Of a DNA stretch of 64,000 bases, positions 1-9,520 are shown piece by piece. A program made the translations under genes and the position numbers. Numbering within the stretch: position 1 is the first letter of the stretch; each line of letters opens with the position of its first letter. The stretch is from Acidimicrobiia bacterium. Lineage in GTDB: Bacteria > Actinomycetota > Acidimicrobiia > IMCC26256 > JADLDD01. The notes under the pieces were generated by a model that made no database searches, was not told where the DNA came from, and saw only the letters and a program-made list of their open reading frames with translations. Location: NCBI GenBank assembly GCA_020846855.1, contig JADLDD010000047.1, positions 10,909 through 74,908 on the forward strand, given 5' to 3'.

Positions 1-470
<470 letters not shown>

Positions 471-634
471 GTCGGGAATCACCGGACGGGCTCCGGGACC
501 ACGGCGCCCGGCGGTGAAGCGATCCGGCCCGGGTTCCGCGCCGACCCGGGTCCGCACCCGCCCGGGGTCCGCACCGATCGGGACGGAGGCACGTAGAGTG
601 CGGCGCCGACGGGCCCGGGCGGCAGGGAGCGGGG

Positions 635-1156
635 ATGACCGACACCACCACCACGGAGCGGCGCGCCGGCCGCGAGCCTCTGCTCACCGTCGGCCGTCCC
701 TCGGCGGAGTGGACGAGCCGGCCCGGTGAGGGAGCGGAGGATCTTGTCCGCGAGCCGCCCCGGCCCGTCCTCGGCCCGGTGCTCGCCGCGCTCGCGCTCG
801 CGGCTGTCGCGGTGGCCCTGGCGCTCGTCGACCCGGCCCGGGGCCCGGTCCTGTGCCCGTTCCGCGCGCTCACGGGGCTCGCGTGCCCGGGATGCGGCGC
901 GACCCGCGGGCTCCACGCGCTGCTGACCGGCGACCTCGGCGCGGCGCTGCGGTACAACGCCCTCACGGTCGCGCTGCTCCCGTTCGCCCTCTGGGCCGCG
1001 TACGTGTCGCTCGGCCACGCCCTCGGCGGGCCGCGCCTGAAGGTGCTGCGCCTCTCCACCGCGGGCACGTGGGCGTTCGCCGCCGTGGTGGCCGCGTGGT
1101 GGGTGGTGCGCAACCTGCCGATGGTCCCGTTCAGCGGCCTCGCGCCGCCCACCTGA
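635..1156 (+). CDS. DUF2752 domain-containing membrane protein
   Basis: ORF 635-1156. Signature CPFRALTGLACPGCGATRG (CPx..TGxxCPGCGxTR) followed by hydrophobic helices. Confidence 0.8.
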   Translation: MTDTTTTERRAGREPLLTVGRPSAEWTSRPGEGAEDLVREPPRPVLGPVLAALALAAVAVALALVDPARGPVLCPFRALTGLACPGCGATRGLHALLTGDLGAALRYNALTVALLPFALWAAYVSLGHALGGPRLKVLRLSTAGTWAFAAVVAAWWVVRNLPMVPFSGLAPPT

Positions 1157-1187
1157 CCGCCGATCACCGACCGAGGAGACACCGAGA

Positions 1188-1583
1188 ATGGCCGACGTGC
1201 CGCCGCCCCCGCCGCCGGGCAACCTCCCGCCCCCGGGGGGCTACCAGCCGCCCGGGGGTTTCCAGCCGCCCGGGGGCTACCAGCCGCCGGGGGGGTTCGG
1301 AGGGGTTCCCGGCCCCTACGGAGGGATGCCCCACCCGCCGAACGTGCCCAACTACCTGGTCCAGGCGATCCTCGTCACCCTCTTCTGCTGCCTTCCGGTG
1401 GGGATCGCCTCGATCGTGTTCGCGGCCCAGGTCAACGGCAAGCTGGCGGCGGGCGACCACCAGGGCGCCCTCGACTCCTCCCGCAAGGCGCGCACCTGGG
1501 CGTGGGTCGCCCTGTGGGCCGGCGCCGCGTGGGCGGTGATCTGGGGGATCCTTCTCCTAGCGGCGGGATCGGGCTCCGGCTAG
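1188..1583 (+). CDS. CD225/dispanin (IFITM-like) family membrane protein with Pro/Gly/Tyr-rich N-terminal tail
   Basis: ORF 1188-1583. PNYLVQAILVTLFCCLPVGIASIVFAAQV...AR.WAWVAL is the CD225 two-helix core. SD-like GAGGAGA lies upstream of the ATG. Confidence 0.75.
   Translation: MADVPPPPPPGNLPPPGGYQPPGGFQPPGGYQPPGGFGGVPGPYGGMPHPPNVPNYLVQAILVTLFCCLPVGIASIVFAAQVNGKLAAGDHQGALDSSRKARTWAWVALWAGAAWAVIWGILLLAAGSGSG
1230..1301 (+). repeat. 4 x 18-bp in-frame tandem repeat encoding PPGGYQ-PPGGFQ-PPGGYQ-PPGGFG
   Basis: Units 1230-1247, 1248-1265, 1266-1283 and 1284-1301, read directly from the sequence inside the CD225 gene. Confidence 0.9.
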
Positions 1584-1584
1584 G

Positions 1585-2334
1585 TCAGCCCCGAGCCACC
1601 TTGGCGGCCGCCAGGCCCTCGAGGAACATCTCCGCCGGCCACGACGGGTCGGCGCCCCCCACCCGTGGTCCCAGGCGCCCGGCGAGCTGCCCGGCTAGGT
1701 GCTGGCGGGCGTTCGGGTCGAGGGTGGGGCGCCGCGACAGGAACCGGATCACCGTCGCCATGTCGTCGGCGGTGACGGAGCTCACGTCCCACGCGAGGTG
1801 CGGCGAGCCCGGCGGCGCCGGCCACAGGTGCGTCCACGGCAGGGGCGCCGCCGTGCGCTCCCGGATCACGAGCGTCCCCGCGGCGTGGTCGCCGAGGCGC
1901 TGGTTGTGACGCGACGCGAGGATGGCCGTGATGCCGACGGGGCACAGCATCGCCGACACGAGCGCGAACCCGTCGACGATCCGGAGCAGGTTGCGGATCA
2001 GGCTGCCCATGAAGGTGATCGGCCCGCCGTCGTCGCGCACCACCCGCAGGCCGACGGCGATCTTCCCCACCGTACGGCCCGAGTTCCACACCTCCATCGC
2101 GATGTCGTAGCCGAACATCACCAGGAAGACCACCACCGCCCCGAACGCGACGACGTAGCCCGCTCCGGCCTCGACGGCCGTCATCCCCATGACGATCAGC
2201 AGCGCGTACAGGGCTGCGCCCTGGATGGTCAGGTCGAGAGCACCGGCGAGGAATCGCGACCCCAGGCCGGCGAGACGGATGTCGACGTCGACCCCCTCGG
2301 GGGTACGGAGCGTGACGCGGTCGCTGTGGTCCAC
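1585..2334 (-). CDS. RDD family membrane protein
   Basis: ORF 1585-2334. RFLAGALDLTIQG...GRTVGKIAVGLRVVRDDG...LIRNLLRIVD...HNQRLGDHAAGTLVI is the RDD-domain pattern. Confidence 0.8.
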   Translation of the reverse strand: MDHSDRVTLRTPEGVDVDIRLAGLGSRFLAGALDLTIQGAALYALLIVMGMTAVEAGAGYVVAFGAVVVFLVMFGYDIAMEVWNSGRTVGKIAVGLRVVRDDGGPITFMGSLIRNLLRIVDGFALVSAMLCPVGITAILASRHNQRLGDHAAGTLVIRERTAAPLPWTHLWPAPPGSPHLAWDVSSVTADDMATVIRFLSRRPTLDPNARQHLAGQLAGRLGPRVGGADPSWPAEMFLEGLAAAKVARG

Positions 2335-2348
2335 GGCTCCGCAAGGTA

Positions 2349-2354
2349 GACAAT
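2349..2354 (+). promoter_or_regulatory. -10-like box GACAAT, 6 nt upstream of the GTG at 2361 (leaderless-type arrangement)
   Basis: GACAAT-gcgggc-GTG. The conserved A2 and T6 of the -10 are present. Confidence 0.3.
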
Positions 2355-2360
2355 GCGGGC

Positions 2361-3470
2361 GTGAACCGGAAGCGTTTCGTCACCGATCGGGCGCCCGCGT
2401 GGGGCGAGCTCGACGCCCTCGTCGCCGCGGCCGGCCGGCGGGCGTCGCGGCTCGAACCGGTCGAGGTCCGGCGCCTCGGGCTGCTGTACCGAGCCGCGGC
2501 GGCCGACCTGGCGCTGGCCCGCCGGTGCTTCCCTGCCGATCCGCTCGTGTCGGCCCTCGAGCGCCGGGTCGTGTCCGCCCGTCGTCTGGTCTACGGCGGC
2601 GAGCACCAGCCGTTGTCCGTCGGGCGGTTCCTCGGCACCCGGTACTGGCAGCGGGTCCGGGAGCGGCCGGCCCTGCTCCTGGCCGCGTTCCTGCTCCTGG
2701 CGGTCCCCATGCTCCTCGCCGGGACCTGGGCCGGGCGCGACCCCGACCGGGCCGGCGGCCTGGTGCCGGAGTCGATGCAGCAGGTCACGACCCGTACGTC
2801 GGCCGACTTCGGCCTGCCCGCCGACGAGCGGGCCGCCGCCTCCAGCCAGATCCTCGTCAACAACATCAGGGTCACGTTCCTCGCCTTCGCCGGGGGGATC
2901 GCCTTCGCCGTCGGCGCGGCGCTGGTGCTGCTCTACAACGGGGTCCTCCTCGGCGCGTCGTTCGGGCTGACGATCGCGGCCGGCAACGGTCCCGCGCTGT
3001 TCGAGTTCGTGCTCCCCCACGGCGTGCTGGAGCTGAGCTGCATCGTGGTGGCCGGCGCGGCCGGCATGCGCATGGGTTGGGCCCTGGTGGCGCCGGGGCG
3101 GCGCCGCCGTGGCGACGCCCTCAAGGTCGAGGCCCGCGCCGCCGTGGAGGTGATCGCCGGCACCGCGCTGGCCCTCGTCGTGGCCGGGTTCGTCGAGGGG
3201 ACGTTCAGCACCACCGGGCTCGGCCTGGGCCCGGCCCTCGTCGTCGGCCTCGGCCTCGGCGCCGTCTTCTGGATCCTGGTGTGGTGGAGGGGTGCGCCCG
3301 ACGACCTCCCCGCCGACGGCGACGACGAGGTCCTCGGGACCGCCTCCGGCTTCGGCCCGGGCCACCGCCCGGGTGGCGGCGACGGCCCGGGGCCCGACGG
3401 CGCGGCGGTGCCGTCGCCGGCGGTCCGGCCGCTCGACGCCGTGGCCGTCAGAGGCGCGCCCGCGCCTTAG
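2361..3470 (+). CDS. SpoIIM-like (stage II sporulation protein M / DUF95) integral membrane protein
   Basis: ORF 2361-3470 (GTG start). IRVTFLAFAGGIAF...LLYNGVLLG...FVLPHGVLELSCIVVAGAAGMRMG is the SpoIIM/DUF95 core. The 3' end overlaps the convergent DUF58 gene by 23 nt. Confidence 0.75.
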   Translation: MNRKRFVTDRAPAWGELDALVAAAGRRASRLEPVEVRRLGLLYRAAAADLALARRCFPADPLVSALERRVVSARRLVYGGEHQPLSVGRFLGTRYWQRVRERPALLLAAFLLLAVPMLLAGTWAGRDPDRAGGLVPESMQQVTTRTSADFGLPADERAAASSQILVNNIRVTFLAFAGGIAFAVGAALVLLYNGVLLGASFGLTIAAGNGPALFEFVLPHGVLELSCIVVAGAAGMRMGWALVAPGRRRRGDALKVEARAAVEVIAGTALALVVAGFVEGTFSTTGLGLGPALVVGLGLGAVFWILVWWRGAPDDLPADGDDEVLGTASGFGPGHRPGGGDGPGPDGAAVPSPAVRPLDAVAVRGAPAP

Positions 3471-4764
3471 CGCTCAGGTACGCGGCCACGCACGCGGCCG
3501 GGAGGTCGCCGGGCGGCGCCTCGATCACCGTCGCCCCGGCCCGCTCCAGCTCGGCCGCGACCCGGTCGCGTGCCGCGAGGACGTCGAGCGCGGCGATCAT
3601 GTCGAACACGTCGGACGGGTCGTCGGGTGGGGTGGAGACGATCCTCCCGATGCCGGGATCGCGCACCCCGGCCACCACCACCGCGTGGCGGCGGGCCAGG
3701 ACGGGGACCGCGTCGAGGAGGGCGCTGGCCGCCGCCTCGTCGAGGAGGTCGGTGAGCACCAGGACCAGCGCCCGCTTGGAGCCCCCGACGGTCCGGAACG
3801 CGAGCTCGTAGTCGGAGTCGACGGCCGACGGCTCCAGGTCGAAGACCGCCGTGACCACTCCGTCGCCCCCGCCCCGCCGGGCCGGGAGGTGCCGGCGCAC
3901 GGCGTCGTCGAAGGCGACCACTCCGCAGCGGTCGCCGACCTCGTCGGCGACGTAGGCGACCGCGCACACCGCGTCGAGGGCCGCGTCGAGGCGGGTCAGG
4001 GTGCCGAGGGGCGCCCGCATCAGGCGGCCGCAGTCGACGAGGCACATGACGTCGCGGTCCTGCTCGACCCGGTACTCGTTGCTCATCGGGCGCCCGGTGC
4101 GCTGGGTGGCCCGCCAGTTGATCCGGCGCACGTCGTCGTCGGGCTGGTAGTCGCGGATGGTCTCGAAGTCGGTGCCCAGGCCCAGCGGCCCGCGGGTCAC
4201 CCGGCCCTCGCTGCGGAACCGCCCGCGGCGCACGTCGCGGGCGATCCGCCGCGCCGCCGGCAGGTCGGGGTAGACGAGCAGGTCGGCGGGGCCCGCGGCG
4301 GATCGGTACCAGCACGCGAGACCGAGCGGGCCGCGCGACCGCGAGGCCACGGCGGGGATGGTGTGCCGGCCCCGGCGCGACGCGACGATGCGGGCGTCGA
4401 GACCGCCGGTGGCCTCGGGCGGGACTACGGCGACGTCGGGCACCTGGGGTTGGCGCACGCGCACCGTCACCCCCGGGGGCGCGTCCACGGTGACACCGAG
4501 GCGGCCGGCGACGCCGCGGGCCAGGATCGGCGGCACCCGGCGCTCGACCGACGGCCGTCGCCGCGCCGCCACCGCGTCGGCGGCGAACGCGACCAGGACC
4601 ACGGCGGTGCCCGATGCCGCGACCGTCGCCGAGGTGGGGAGGGCCAGCAGCGACGCGGCCACGAGGAGGAGACCGGCCCGGCGGGTGGCGCCGAGCGGCG
4701 CGGCGGACAGGGCGAGGATCGCCGCCGTGCCGGCGAGCAGGACGAGCAGGAGCGGTCCGGACAC
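3448..4764 (-). CDS. DUF58 domain-containing protein (vWA-like partner of MoxR), N-terminal TM helices
   Basis: ORF 3448-4764 (GTG 4764). [47 protein letters not shown] is the DUF58 signature. Confidence 0.85.
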   Translation of the reverse strand: MSGPLLLVLLAGTAAILALSAAPLGATRRAGLLLVAASLLALPTSATVAASGTAVVLVAFAADAVAARRRPSVERRVPPILARGVAGRLGVTVDAPPGVTVRVRQPQVPDVAVVPPEATGGLDARIVASRRGRHTIPAVASRSRGPLGLACWYRSAAGPADLLVYPDLPAARRIARDVRRGRFRSEGRVTRGPLGLGTDFETIRDYQPDDDVRRINWRATQRTGRPMSNEYRVEQDRDVMCLVDCGRLMRAPLGTLTRLDAALDAVCAVAYVADEVGDRCGVVAFDDAVRRHLPARRGGGDGVVTAVFDLEPSAVDSDYELAFRTVGGSKRALVLVLTDLLDEAAASALLDAVPVLARRHAVVVAGVRDPGIGRIVSTPPDDPSDVFDMIAALDVLAARDRVAAELERAGATVIEAPPGDLPAACVAAYLSAKARARL

Positions 4765-4771
4765 CGGGTCC

Positions 4772-5743
4772 TCAGCGCGGCACGGGGACCGCGGTCACCG
4801 CGGCCGCGACGGCGTCGTCGGCGGTGTAGCGCTCGAGCTCGGCCTCGGGGCGGATAAGGATCCGGTGGTGCAGGACGGGGCGGGCCATCCAGGCCACGTC
4901 GTCGGGGGTGACGAAGTCGCGGCCGGCGAGCCGGGCCGAGGCCTTCGACGCCGCGAGGAGGTGGACCGCGGCCCGCGGGCTCGCACCGAGGCTCACCGAC
5001 GGGAGCTCGCGGGTCCGCCGCACGAGGGCGGCCACGTAGGCCACCACGCCGTCGGAGGCGGTGGTGGCGTCGACGAGGCTCCGCATCTCGCCGATCTCCT
5101 CCGCGGTGGTGACGGCCCGGACGTCGTCGAGGGTGGCGGGCGCCACCCCCCGGTGCGCGAGCCGCAGCATGGCCACCTCGTCGCGCTCGTCCGGGTAGCC
5201 GACGTCGAGCTTCAGGAGGAAGCGGTCGAGTTGGGCCTCGGGCAGCGGGTAGGTGCCCTCGTACTCGATGGGGTTCTGGGTGGCGAGGACGGCGAACGGG
5301 TCGGGGAGCGGATGCCCGACGCCGTCGACGGTGACCTGCTGCTCCTGCATCGCCTCGAGCAGCGCGGCCTGGGTCTTGGGCGGTGTGCGGTTGATCTCGT
5401 CGGCGAGGAGCACGTTGGTGAAGACCGGACCGGGCCGGAAGGCGAGCTCCGCGGCGGTGCCGCTCGCCCCGCCGGCCGAGCCGCCGCCGGCGGCCATCCG
5501 CAGGGTCATGGTGCCGGTGAGGTCGGACGGCAGCATGTCGGGGGTGAACTGGACCCGCCGGAAGCCCAGGCCCAGGGCCCGGGCGAAGGTGTTGGCCAGC
5601 AGCGTCTTGGCCACCCCGGGCACACCCTCGAGCAGAACGTGCCCGCTCACGGCCATGGCCGCCAGGAGCAGGTCGGTCACCTCCCCCTGCCCGACCACCA
5701 CCTTCGACACCTCTTGCGCCACCCGGTCCCGGAGCTCTCTCAC
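4772..5743 (-). CDS. moxR: MoxR-family AAA+ ATPase
   Basis: ORF 4772-5743. Walker [12 protein letters not shown], Walker [24 protein letters not shown], and [24 protein letters not shown]. The GTG start overlaps the upstream stop (GTGA). Confidence 0.92.
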   Translation of the reverse strand: MRELRDRVAQEVSKVVVGQGEVTDLLLAAMAVSGHVLLEGVPGVAKTLLANTFARALGLGFRRVQFTPDMLPSDLTGTMTLRMAAGGGSAGGASGTAAELAFRPGPVFTNVLLADEINRTPPKTQAALLEAMQEQQVTVDGVGHPLPDPFAVLATQNPIEYEGTYPLPEAQLDRFLLKLDVGYPDERDEVAMLRLAHRGVAPATLDDVRAVTTAEEIGEMRSLVDATTASDGVVAYVAALVRRTRELPSVSLGASPRAAVHLLAASKASARLAGRDFVTPDDVAWMARPVLHHRILIRPEAELERYTADDAVAAAVTAVPVPR

Positions 5744-6876
5744 CGCGTCCCCTCTCTCGCTCTGACCGCGGCCCTCCCGGCGGCCACCACGGCGTCGGGC
5801 CGTCCGGCCGGTACGAAGAGGGCGTCGATCTCGTCCTGGCCCCAGCCCAGACGGGCCGCGGCCTCTCTCACCTGCGCCTCGCCGGCGTCGGGGGGCAGGC
5901 CCACCCGGCGGGCGAGGTCGAACCGGGCAGCGGCCTGAAGGGGCGCCACCACCTCGGCCGCGTGCCGCGTCCGCTCGAGGGCGGCGCCCACCGCGATCGC
6001 GTAGCGCTCACGGCCGGGCCCCAGGTCGCGGTCGTCGTCCTCGGGAGGGCCGAGCCGCCGGCCGGCCGCGACCATCGTCAGCAGCGCGGCCAGCAACCCG
6101 GCCACGAGGGCGTAGCGCCACCGGCTCGGTACCGCGGCGAGGCCGGTGGCCCGGCCGTGCCCGTGCACACCCTCGGCGATGACCACCCGCCGGCTCCCGG
6201 CGGCCGCGGTGGTGATGGCGACCGCGAAGCCGGCGTTGTCGGCCCGGGACAGGTTCCGGTTCAGGAACGGGGCGACGTCGGCCGCCCAGCGCACGGTACC
6301 GGGACCGGCCTGGTTCTCGATCGCCACACCCCGGCGGTCCTCGTCGGCCCAGATGGCCAGACCGGGCGCGGCGACCCGGAAGCGTTGATCGCCGACCTCG
6401 GCCACCGCCCGGCCGCCGGGAGCCCCGATCCGCTCCGGGCGGCCGGCGGGCGTCCCGCCGGCCGTCCCGCCGGTGATCCCGTCGAGCAGGCCGCCGTCGT
6501 AGCCCGCGACGACGACGTCGCCGCCCGCCCACACGAAGCGGGTGAGCGCGGCCGCATCGCCGTCGGAGGCCCCGCCGGCGTCGAGGACGACGAGCGTGTC
6601 GGAGACGGGGTCGAGCTCGGCGCCGGTGAGGTCGCCACGCTGGACCCGTACCCCGAACCCGAAGCGACCGAGCAGCTCCCGGTAGGCGGACGCGCCACCG
6701 GGCGCCCGCGACAGCGTCGAGGCCGAGGCCCTCCCGTCGAGGTCGGGCTCCGCCCCTCCGGTCGTCGAGTCGAGGAGCTGGACGCCCACCACGAGAAGCG
6801 TGAACCCGGCGACCGCGACCAGCGCGACCCGGATCCCGGGATGCGCCCCCCGCCACGCCCGCGTGACCCGGCTCAC
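5740..6876 (-). CDS. DUF4350 domain-containing protein (single N-terminal TM)
   Basis: Lower part of ORF 5740-7398. I place the start at GTG 6876, overlapping the upstream stop (GTGA). Reads [10 protein letters not shown]..., then a TM helix, then LVVLDAGG...[10 protein letters not shown]...[13 protein letters not shown], typical of DUF4350. Confidence 0.7.
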   Translation of the reverse strand: MSRVTRAWRGAHPGIRVALVAVAGFTLLVVGVQLLDSTTGGAEPDLDGRASASTLSRAPGGASAYRELLGRFGFGVRVQRGDLTGAELDPVSDTLVVLDAGGASDGDAAALTRFVWAGGDVVVAGYDGGLLDGITGGTAGGTPAGRPERIGAPGGRAVAEVGDQRFRVAAPGLAIWADEDRRGVAIENQAGPGTVRWAADVAPFLNRNLSRADNAGFAVAITTAAAGSRRVVIAEGVHGHGRATGLAAVPSRWRYALVAGLLAALLTMVAAGRRLGPPEDDDRDLGPGRERYAIAVGAALERTRHAAEVVAPLQAAARFDLARRVGLPPDAGEAQVREAAARLGWGQDEIDALFVPAGRPDAVVAAGRAAVRAREGTR

Positions 6877-7508
6877 GGCGCGCCTTCGCCTCGGGCCCCG
6901 GCCTCGGCCACGATCCGCGGCCACGCGACCCGCGCCTGCTCCGACTGGTCGGGACGCCCGACCCGCCCGCCGTACGCGACGGCGTCGAAGGTCACCGCCA
7001 GCTCGTCGAGGTCGGCACGGCGGATCCGCCGCGCGACCTGCCCGCTGGTCAGCGACGGGCGCAACGTGATGGCCCGGGCCGCGTCGAGCCGGACCAGCCC
7101 GGCCCGGAAGCGCAGCCGGATGGCGAGGCTGTGGTCGCCGCGCCGGTCGGCTTCCACCGCCTGGCGCTCGAGGGTCTCGGCGCCGAGCTCCCCCGACCCG
7201 CCCGGAGCGCCTCCGCCGGCCGCGGCTTCGTCGACGGCTCGCGACCGGCGGACCGCCCGCCAGACCGCGAAGGCGACGATCGCGACGACGGCGACGGCGA
7301 GCAGGATCACGCCGAGGGGACCGCCGAGCTGGCGGGCCGACCAGTCGAGGACGGAGCTGAAGAAGTCGCCGACGGGCCGGAGGCGCTCCCCGACCCACCG
7401 CAGGGGCCCGGCGAGCGGTCGGGGGGCGTCGCCGCCCCGGTAGGAGCGGCCCTCGAGGATCTCGCGGGCGACCTCACGGGCCCGTACGGGGTCGACGGGT
7501 TCGCTCAC
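6873..7508 (-). CDS. DUF4129 domain-containing protein
   Basis: ORF 6873-7538. Likely start is GTG 7508 (GTGA overlap with the upstream stop); the alternative is ATG 7538. A central TM helix, then ...LTSGQVARRI...FDAVAYGGR, the DUF4129 C-terminus. Confidence 0.7.
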   Translation of the reverse strand: MSEPVDPVRAREVAREILEGRSYRGGDAPRPLAGPLRWVGERLRPVGDFFSSVLDWSARQLGGPLGVILLAVAVVAIVAFAVWRAVRRSRAVDEAAAGGGAPGGSGELGAETLERQAVEADRRGDHSLAIRLRFRAGLVRLDAARAITLRPSLTSGQVARRIRRADLDELAVTFDAVAYGGRVGRPDQSEQARVAWPRIVAEAGARGEGAP

Positions 7509-8470
7509 CGCTCGCCTTCGGCTTCGACGCGGCGCCACGGGGCCACGCCGGCGCCGGGGCCGGTCGGGACGCCCGGACCGGTCGCGACCGTGCCACCGGC
7601 GGGACCGGCGGCCGCGCCGGCCCCCGCGCCGGCGCCGACCCGCGTACCGGTGCCCACGAAGTGGGCCGGACCGCTCGCGGCGGCGCGGTCCATGGCCAGG
7701 GCCCGGTCCTGGATGTCGAGGCCCTCACGCCGGACCCGGAGGTCGATGTAGACCACCGTCGACACCGCGGCGACGAGCGGCGTGGTGAGCATCGCGGCCA
7801 CGAACCACACCGCGCCCAGGATCGCGACGCCGCCGATCGGGCCCGACGGCGAGATCAGGAGCACCAGGACCATGAAGAGCGCCCCGACCACGCCGATCAG
7901 CACCACCTCGAAGAGGAGGTAGGCCGCCGCGACGCTGCCCAGGGTGGGCCAGAAGCGGCCGGCCACGAGTGACTGCGAGCGGCGCAGGGCCGCGAGGGGC
8001 CCCAGGCCCTCGGCCACGAGCGCGGGCATCGCGCAGGCCCACAGGGCCATGAGCGCGATTCCACCGAGGTAGCAGGCCATCATCCCGATCCCGATCGGCA
8101 CCGACATGAGGACCGTCAGCCCGAGCATCGGTCCGAAGCGGGAGCCGGCGCGGCGCCACGTGGTGGGCGGGGAGCCGGGGCCGCCGAGGTAGGTGTCGAG
8201 GGCGGCCCGGGTGCAGGCACCCGTGGCGAAGACCTGGGTGACCAGGGCGATCACCATCACCACGAAGAAGCCGCCGCTGAACACCAGGCCGTCGGCGGCG
8301 GAGCCCTCGTCGGTGACCATCGACAGCATGACCACGACGCCCAGCGCGACGGCCGGGAGCACCGAGACGCTCACGAACTTCGCCATCGTCGCGGCGCCGC
8401 CGCGGACCACTCCGATGGCGGCGTCGAGCGTCTCCCCGACCGTGAGCGGCCGCAACTGCCCGGGATCCAT
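7505..8470 (-). CDS. Polytopic membrane protein (glycerophosphodiester-phosphodiesterase-membrane-domain/DUF975-like), first gene of the MoxR operon
   Basis: Lower part of ORF 7505-8602, starting at ATG 8470 (MDPGQLRPLTVGETLDAAIGVV...). About 6 hydrophobic helices and a Gly/Ala/Pro-rich tail. Confidence 0.6.
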   Translation of the reverse strand: MDPGQLRPLTVGETLDAAIGVVRGGAATMAKFVSVSVLPAVALGVVVMLSMVTDEGSAADGLVFSGGFFVVMVIALVTQVFATGACTRAALDTYLGGPGSPPTTWRRAGSRFGPMLGLTVLMSVPIGIGMMACYLGGIALMALWACAMPALVAEGLGPLAALRRSQSLVAGRFWPTLGSVAAAYLLFEVVLIGVVGALFMVLVLLISPSGPIGGVAILGAVWFVAAMLTTPLVAAVSTVVYIDLRVRREGLDIQDRALAMDRAAASGPAHFVGTGTRVGAGAGAGAAAGPAGGTVATGPGVPTGPGAGVAPWRRVEAEGER

Positions 8471-8529
8471 CGGCGAAGGATACGTTCCGCGCCGGGTGGC
8501 GCCGTCGGAGCGCGGGTGGGTCGCGAGGG

Positions 8530-8979
8530 TCAGCGGCGGCGGGCGCGCACCACGTAGGTGGCGGCGACGCGGTCGTGCCACGTCTGGCCCGCGGGGCTCC
8601 ACAGCATGGCCAGGTAGCCGAGCAGGCAGAGCAGCCGCGACGCGATCGCGACCAGGAATCGCATCAGGACGTGGGTGACCTCGACCCGCCCGCCGGTGTG
8701 GGCGTCGACCAGCCGGATACCCACCAGCCTCATCCCGACGGTCTGCCCCGCCGGCGAGGAGAGCAGGACCAACGAGTACCCGAGCTCCATCGCGAAGGCC
8801 AGAGCGAGGCCGGCGTCGGGGCCCGTGCCCGCCAGCAGGAAGTAGCCGACGACGTTGAGGAGCGCGAGGTCGATGAGGAACGCGCCGGCGCGCAGGCCGA
8901 ACGACGCGACCGTGCCCGACGGATCCCCCCCGAGCGGCGGCCCGGGCCAGGATCCGGGTCCGGGCGGCATCCGCGACAC
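8530..8979 (-). CDS. RDD family membrane protein (second copy), Pro-rich N-terminus
   Basis: ORF 8530-8979. RAGAFLIDLALLNVVGY...GQTVGMRLVGIRLVD...WHDRVAATYVV. AGGAG lies 5 nt upstream of the GTG. Confidence 0.75.
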   Translation of the reverse strand: MSRMPPGPGSWPGPPLGGDPSGTVASFGLRAGAFLIDLALLNVVGYFLLAGTGPDAGLALAFAMELGYSLVLLSSPAGQTVGMRLVGIRLVDAHTGGRVEVTHVLMRFLVAIASRLLCLLGYLAMLWSPAGQTWHDRVAATYVVRARRR

Positions 8980-8990
8980 GAGGCTCCTGT

Positions 8991-9038
8991 GGGTTCGGGG
9001 GTTCGGGGGTTCGGGGGTCCGGAGGACCGGAGGGCCGG
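8991..9038 (+). repeat. Six tandem 8-bp units (GGGTTCGG x3, GGGTCCGG, AGGACCGG, AGGGCCGG); plus strand forms a G-run/N3 quadruplex-type motif
   Basis: Read directly: tGGGttcGGGGGttcGGGGGttcGGGGGtccGG. Lies in the 79-nt gap between the DUF2752 stop (9059) and the RDD start (8979). Confidence 0.85.
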
Positions 9039-9058
9039 AATCGGTGTCCGGGCCGCGC

Positions 9059-9487
9059 TCAGAGGGGACGGCCGGTGGCGTACTTCGCGAGCTGGAACGC
9101 CCACAGCACCCCGAGGACCGCCGGGATCACCCACGCCGGCACCGACACGCGGCGAACCCGCCAGGCGGCGAGGAGTCCGAGCGCCAGCACCACGGCCACG
9201 ATCCCGCCCGGCGTCATCGCCACCGACGCACCGAGGTCGCCGTGGACGGCGTAGGTGACGGCGCGGGTCATCCCGCACAGTGGGCACGGGATCCCGGTGA
9301 CGCTGCGCAGCGGGCACGGGAGGCCGAACCCGTGGGGCAGCCAGGGGCGGACCACGGCCACCGCGAGCATCAGGGCCCCGGCCAGGCGGAGCGACCCGGC
9401 ATCGAGGCGGCGACGGCCGGTCGCCGGTGCGCCGGCCCCCGGGGACCCCACCGGGGGTGCCCAGCCGTGGGGTGCGGTGGCGGTCAC
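9059..9487 (-). CDS. DUF2752 domain-containing membrane protein (second copy)
   Basis: ORF 9059-9487. CPLRSVTGIPCPLCGMTRA signature plus hydrophobic helices. Confidence 0.8.
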   Translation of the reverse strand: MTATAPHGWAPPVGSPGAGAPATGRRRLDAGSLRLAGALMLAVAVVRPWLPHGFGLPCPLRSVTGIPCPLCGMTRAVTYAVHGDLGASVAMTPGGIVAVVLALGLLAAWRVRRVSVPAWVIPAVLGVLWAFQLAKYATGRPL

Positions 9488-9520
9488 TCGGGCCGGTCGG
9501 GACGGGTGGTCCGCGGCGTC

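Noticed and set aside
8991-9038. Short tandem repeats (here, and at 12505-12543 and 15141-15189) as a CRISPR array or minisatellite locus.
   Set aside because: Units are 8-14 bp with no unique spacers, and there are no cas genes. They are simple tandem repeats or hairpins.
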